64,000 nt of DNA from assembly GCA_049325595.1 (NCBI GenBank), contig JBMOLF010000011.1, forward strand, positions 12,319-76,318. The letters are read 5' to 3'. Below the pieces are notes generated by a model, which was given only the letters and a program-made list of their open reading frames with translations, was not told the DNA's origin and made no database searches. A program made the position numbers and the translations under genes. Shown here piece after piece: positions 59,337-64,000 of the stretch. The stretch is from Candidatus Babelota bacterium. GTDB lineage: Bacteria > Babelota > Babeliae > Babelales > Vermiphilaceae. How positions within the stretch are numbered: position 1 is the first letter of the stretch; every line of letters starts with the position of its first letter.

Positions 59337-60188
59337 TTAAAGATCAATAGGAGTTTTCTTTATATCGCATATTAATTCACACTCTTTAATAATCTGATTC
59401 AGATTATCACCTTTAATGCCTGCAGATTTTAATAAAGTAATATTTTTTTTGACATCTTTGCACAAAACAAAACCATGTTCTATAAGAAATTTTTTTTGTT
59501 TCAAAGTCAAAGAGATTAATGTGGTAATCGGATATAAACCATAATTATCTATCAAACGCGCAAGGCTCTTTTCTTTTGGATAATTCCAGCTAACCAATTT
59601 CATTTGCTTACAACTGCCATATTTAAGTGATTCATAAGTAAACTTAGTATTGGTGATAATCCAAGGATGCGTTAACTTTACTTCCTCATTTTCTGACTTC
59701 CATTTTTTTTCAATATCATGAAAACGAGCATCGGTATAGAGCGCTACTTGAACATGAACTCTATAGCGCTGTTCATTGTGAAATTTACATTCCACTAATG
59801 AAAATTCATCGTTCTTTTTTAAAATAATATCCACTTCATGCTCAACACACCAACCGGCAACTATCCTATTAAGTTGAATTTCATACTTTACTTCCTTAAA
59901 TATTTCGGCTACAAACTTTTCAAATGGAAATCCTGTAGGACCAAACTGTAAAAGCGCTTTTTTTAAATTATATCGTGCTGCAAGAACGGAGCTTTCTTTT
60001 TGCAAATGATCTAAGATATATTGAAATATATCTTCAGTGGTAGTAAAGTTTGCTAAATTAATTTCAATATCTTCAACAATTTTGTTGGCAAGTTCATCCG
60101 ATGCACCAGAAGCAATTAACGATCTTTTAAGCTTCTCACGATCGAAATTTTCAAATTCACCCGTACTTTTTTTCACATAAACCATCAT
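59337..60188 (-). CDS. ATP-cone plus Mrr-like PD-(D/E)xK endonuclease domain protein
   Basis: VKKSTGE.E.FDREKL..SL ATP cone; FEKFVAEIF, HEVDI, VECKFH. Confidence 0.82.
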   Translation of the reverse strand: MMVYVKKSTGEFENFDREKLKRSLIASGASDELANKIVEDIEINLANFTTTEDIFQYILDHLQKESSVLAARYNLKKALLQFGPTGFPFEKFVAEIFKEVKYEIQLNRIVAGWCVEHEVDIILKKNDEFSLVECKFHNEQRYRVHVQVALYTDARFHDIEKKWKSENEEVKLTHPWIITNTKFTYESLKYGSCKQMKLVSWNYPKEKSLARLIDNYGLYPITTLISLTLKQKKFLIEHGFVLCKDVKKNITLLKSAGIKGDNLNQIIKECELICDIKKTPIDL

Positions 60189-60197
60189 TATTCTTTT

Positions 60198-60926
60198 CTA
60201 TTTTTCAATAGTTTTACAAGAACATAAAATATTAAGTGCTTCATTAAGATTATCGGTTAATGTTATTAGTGCTAATTCCTGCTCTTCTATTAGCTTTCTT
60301 TTTAATGCTGAATTTGTAAGCCAGTCCATCAATGGCTGCCAATAGTCTCTTCCATATAAAACTACTGGTACCTTTTTAAAGTGACCTGTTTCAATAAGAT
60401 TTAATATCTCAGCCAATTCCTCTAATGTTCCATAACCCCCAGGAAAAACTAAAAAAGCTGAGGAATACTGCATTAACAACCATTTACGCGCAAAAAAACT
60501 TCTAAAGATAATTCTATCTTGCGCACAGAAATTAATTATATTTTCTCTAGAAAGCTTTCGAATACCAATTGCCAAACTTCGAATTTCATTTTTTTTATGT
60601 GCAGCATCAGCTGCCCCACAATTTGCAGCCTCCATTATCCCTGGCCCACCACCAGTGATAATAGAAATCTTTTTTTCTACCAATTGATAAGCAAGATTAT
60701 ATGCTATTTCATAATATGGATCACTTTTTAATAATCGTGAGCCACCAAAAAAAGTAACACGAGGATACGGTAATCTAATTGTCTTCCAAATTCCAATTAA
60801 AATATTTAATAAAACTATGCACCAAGTTAATAAGAATCTTGGATATTCAATAAGATACTGCCTTAATCTATTACTCATAATTAATGCATAAATCCATACT
60901 TTTTTATTATTTTGTTTATCAAACAT
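60198..60926 (-). CDS. LOG family (TIGR00730) nucleotide phosphoribohydrolase
   Basis: FFGGSR, TGGGPGIMEAAN, FFARK, FPGGYGTLEEL. Confidence 0.9.
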   Translation of the reverse strand: MFDKQNNKKVWIYALIMSNRLRQYLIEYPRFLLTWCIVLLNILIGIWKTIRLPYPRVTFFGGSRLLKSDPYYEIAYNLAYQLVEKKISIITGGGPGIMEAANCGAADAAHKKNEIRSLAIGIRKLSRENIINFCAQDRIIFRSFFARKWLLMQYSSAFLVFPGGYGTLEELAEILNLIETGHFKKVPVVLYGRDYWQPLMDWLTNSALKRKLIEEQELALITLTDNLNEALNILCSCKTIEK

Positions 60927-61045
60927 TTTTTAGCATGACATAAATTAAACCAGATAACATATGAATTTAATAAATGGCATAGTTTAGGCCGTTATGAATT
61001 GACAAGCAAAAATATTAATAATATGTGCTTTTAATATTTTTATAG

Positions 61046-61090
61046 AAAAAAAGCGGGTCCTTATGTCACACATGGCGATCATAAGGACCC
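61046..61090 (-). terminator. deaD terminator
   Basis: GGGTCCTTATG/CATAAGGACCC 11-bp stem with A-run. Confidence 0.8.
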
Positions 61091-61111
61091 TTTGGGTTAT
61101 TTTGTATATAT

Positions 61112-62803
61112 TTATTTTCTACGACGTGGATAAGATGAGCGCTTGTTTCCAGAAAATGAATCTTTCTTAAAGCCGCCGCGTTTACCTTTCCCATTTCCAG
61201 AATCAGATGACTGATTTAATTGCATTGCAGAAATAACTTTTACCTTATGGCCAAGAAGTTTTTTACCTTGCAATGCATTCATTAATGGTTCACAAAGAGC
61301 TTGGTCTACACGTATAAAAGTACGTCTTTTAATTATTTTTACTTTTTCTAGCTCACTCTCTTGAATCATCCCAAATTCTTGCACGAATTTTATAATGTCT
61401 GGCTTAGTAATTCCATCATCAGAGCCCACAAAGAGAACTAATTCATTTGCATCTTCATGCGCATCAAGATCAACTTTACTTGCTGGCGTAAAAGCTTGGT
61501 CAGTGAAATTGGTCTTTTTAAAGAATTTTTGACCAACCAATTGATAAAGCATATTGGTTAAAGCAGTATGATCATATAAAGCAATCATCTCTCTTAACGA
61601 ATGAGGATAATCGCTATTGATCGACTCTTGTGCAAGCTCTGCAAGATATTCTGCCGCTTTTCTTTGATGTGCTTCTTTAATCATTGCTACGGATGGCACA
61701 TCTAAAGGACTAATTTTCACATTAAATTTAGATTCAAATATTCTTACTTTACGCGCTTCGTGGCTACTTACAAAGGAAATTGCAATACCTTCTTTACCTG
61801 CACGGCCAGTTCTGCCCACACGGTGCACATAGCTTTCATGATCCACAGGAAGTGAATAGTTTACTACGTGAGTAAGATCAGCAATGTCAATTCCACGAGC
61901 AGCAACGTCTGTTGCGATTAAAATGGTAAACTCTTTATCTCTAAATTGCTTAATAACACGGTTACGTTGTTGCTGGGTCATGTCACCATGCAATGGCTGT
62001 GCTGGATATCCGGCATGAGATAATTTTTCTGCAACTTCAGCTGTTTGAACTTTGGTTTGACAGAATACAAAGCCATAAAAGGAATCTGCACAATCAATAA
62101 AGCGGCATAATGCTGCAAAGCGATCTTTTTGTGAAACAACAGTATAATATTGTTTTGTTTTTGCACTACCAATTTGCTTAGGACTTGTGCGCACACTTAC
62201 TGGGTTATTCATATGCTCTTGCATAATATCATGAACACCAGCTTTAATGGTTGCTGAGAATAACCAAATCTCGCGATTTTTTGGCGCAAAGGTTAATATT
62301 TCATCAACTTCTTCTTTAAAGCCCATATCAAGCATAATATCTGCTTCATCAAGAACTAAGGTGCTAATGGTACCCAAATTAATAGTACCACGGCGTAAAT
62401 GATCGTTAATTCTACCAGGGGTGCACACTACAATATGAGTGCCGCGTTTTAACGCTTTTATTTGTTCAGTCATAGAAACGCCACCATAAATAGGGGTAAC
62501 TATGATTCCCATAGGTTGAGCAACGGCCGAAATGCTATTGGTAATTTGCACTACTAACTCACGAGTAGGCGCAACAATTAATGCTTGCAAGGTTTTATTG
62601 CCAGCATCAATACGTTGTACTAATGGTATACCAAAAGCAAGAGTTTTGCCGGTTCCAGTTTGCGCCTGACCTAAAAAATCAATCTTCTTAGATTGTGTTA
62701 ATAAAGGAATTGCTTTTGATTGGATTTCGGTTGGCTCCACAAATCCTAAAGCATCAAGCGTTTTGAGAATAAGGGGGTTTAATGAAAGATCTTTAAATAA
62801 CAT
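61112..62803 (-). CDS. deaD: DEAD-box RNA helicase (DeaD/CsdA type with DbpA RNA-binding domain)
   Basis: Q motif, AQTGTGKT, PTREL, DEAD, SAT, HRVGRTGRAG; start MLFKDL at 62803. Confidence 0.9.
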   Translation of the reverse strand: MLFKDLSLNPLILKTLDALGFVEPTEIQSKAIPLLTQSKKIDFLGQAQTGTGKTLAFGIPLVQRIDAGNKTLQALIVAPTRELVVQITNSISAVAQPMGIIVTPIYGGVSMTEQIKALKRGTHIVVCTPGRINDHLRRGTINLGTISTLVLDEADIMLDMGFKEEVDEILTFAPKNREIWLFSATIKAGVHDIMQEHMNNPVSVRTSPKQIGSAKTKQYYTVVSQKDRFAALCRFIDCADSFYGFVFCQTKVQTAEVAEKLSHAGYPAQPLHGDMTQQQRNRVIKQFRDKEFTILIATDVAARGIDIADLTHVVNYSLPVDHESYVHRVGRTGRAGKEGIAISFVSSHEARKVRIFESKFNVKISPLDVPSVAMIKEAHQRKAAEYLAELAQESINSDYPHSLREMIALYDHTALTNMLYQLVGQKFFKKTNFTDQAFTPASKVDLDAHEDANELVLFVGSDDGITKPDIIKFVQEFGMIQESELEKVKIIKRRTFIRVDQALCEPLMNALQGKKLLGHKVKVISAMQLNQSSDSGNGKGKRGGFKKDSFSGNKRSSYPRRRK

Positions 62804-62927
62804 AGATAACTCACTTATGTAAGGGTTTTTTATAAAAATTACGCTATGGATAGCTGAGGGTTTTTGATGCTGTGTTAGGGCACCACTATCCAAAAGCACC
62901 CTATCATAAGCTCTAAATTCAATAATA

Positions 62928-62955
62928 ATTGTAATACAACTAGAAAATTTGTCAA
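62928..62955 (-). promoter_or_regulatory. Sigma70-type promoter of deaD
   Basis: TTGACA-N16-TACAAT about 125 nt upstream of the start. Confidence 0.7.
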
Positions 62956-63008
62956 ACGGATTGAAACGAATATAAATACAAGAAAACTATATAAAATACA
63001 GCAATTTG

Positions 63009-63794
63009 TTAAGTTTTTTTAATTGTTCTTTGTTCAATTATTGGAACCTCTTCTCCGTTAAAGGTCAATGTTAGTTTATGCATATCGGGTATTTGAGTAG
63101 GGCTCCACCCAAGCCAATAAACACCCGTTTTTGTAGTCATTACAACAGGAGAGGCATCAGGAGGTAAATGCTGATATTTTTCCAATATTTGTTCTCTTAT
63201 TGTTTGTTTAGGCCACTTTTGTTCATCAGGTGAAACGCCAATATCTGGAATTTTTAAAATAGCATCAATTTCTTCTTGCGTTAGAGGCTTGTCTTTATCA
63301 GAATCTCCATAGAGCGAACGCAAAAGGTCAACCTGTAATTCTTCTTCGATCACAGTTGGCAATTGCTGTTTAATATGTTCACAATTTCGTGAATTTCTAC
63401 GAGATACAGGCCGAGATTGAAAGGGACTTGTAGGTGGCGTAGGAAGCAAAACTGAATAAGAAGGTTTTCTTTTATGCAAACTAGGAGCCGCAGAAGTTTT
63501 ACTTCGAGCTGCACTAACTTTAGTGATTTCAATAACAGGCTGCTGCGGAGATTTTACTGTTCTTTTTATTTTACGATTAATTTTTGCTACTGTTTTTTTA
63601 AAAAAAACAGAAAACGAAGTAACTCCAGCAGTTAGGGCTGCGCAAGCTATCACATAATTAGCACGTACATCATTTTTGAGCATTGTTTTAATAAAATTAG
63701 AACAATGCTCAATGGTATTTTTAATATAAAAATTTATATCTAGAGGCATACTAGCTTGATGCCAAAATAACATAATCAATAATATATATCTCAT
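63009..63794 (-). CDS. Secreted/membrane protein with Pro/Ser/Arg-rich disordered region
   Basis: Start MRYILL; QAS-MP; TM helix; PTPPTSPFQSRPVSRRNSR. Confidence 0.7.
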   Translation of the reverse strand: MRYILLIMLFWHQASMPLDINFYIKNTIEHCSNFIKTMLKNDVRANYVIACAALTAGVTSFSVFFKKTVAKINRKIKRTVKSPQQPVIEITKVSAARSKTSAAPSLHKRKPSYSVLLPTPPTSPFQSRPVSRRNSRNCEHIKQQLPTVIEEELQVDLLRSLYGDSDKDKPLTQEEIDAILKIPDIGVSPDEQKWPKQTIREQILEKYQHLPPDASPVVMTTKTGVYWLGWSPTQIPDMHKLTLTFNGEEVPIIEQRTIKKT

Positions 63795-63874
63795 GCTCAC
63801 CCTTATAATATATGGGTTACAACATATTATTGATGACAAAAATTCCAAATATCAAGCAATAGTTATTAATATAA

Positions 63875-64000
63875 AGTCGAATTGTGAAATTCAAAAGAAG
63901 TTAAAAGAGAGATAGGATAGCTCCTAGAAGCAAAAAGAGAGGAGCTACCCATGAAAAATATAGTAGAACTATACTGGATTGTTGATGAAGTGGTCAAGCA
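63875..64000 (+). mobile_element. Probable left end of an IS982-family insertion sequence (transposase start at 63951, truncated by window edge)
   Basis: MKNIVELYWIVDEVVK resembles IS982 transposase N-termini; upstream AGTCGAATTG resembles IS982-type terminal repeats; RBS in a hairpin. Confidence 0.45.

Noticed and set aside
62804..62899. 32-aa N-terminal extension of DeaD (likewise 30507..30584 and 63795..63848)
   Set aside because: Family or paralog alignment places starts downstream; the extensions overlap leader, promoter or terminator sequence
1..64000. CRISPR array, rRNA or canonical tRNA genes
   Set aside because: No regularly spaced repeats, long GC-rich non-coding tracts or TTCGA/CCA cloverleaves were seen by eye

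Overview
AT-rich bacterial chromosomal window. Gene content suggests a protist-associated intracellular bacterium, most likely Candidatus Dependentiae (TM6/Babelota); this is inferred, with no database search. Housekeeping genes include a troABCD-type Mn/Zn ABC transporter, gpmI, truA, typA, rpsF-rpsR, rnhB, ftsY, prmC, mutY, two photolyases and deaD. They are interleaved with many signal-peptide-bearing orphan genes arranged as paralog arrays: Cys-nucleophile hydrolases, F-box-like proteins, minimal site-2 proteases and two-Cys helical peptides. A copper-handling/accessory block lies at about 52-61 kb, and the left end of a probable IS982-family element is at the right edge. No rRNA, canonical tRNA or CRISPR array was seen. 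The most striking cross-cutting signals are: (i) about 17 secreted proteins whose signal peptide is followed directly by a second Met (small residue-M, often M-E/D/Q), a possible lineage-specific effector export or host N-terminus mimicry code, with a nearby degenerate PilM/PilN pair as candidate machinery; (ii) sigma70-like promoters that consistently have a 16-bp spacer; (iii) an apparently non-cleavable LexA/CI-like regulator amid a metalloprotease cluster.
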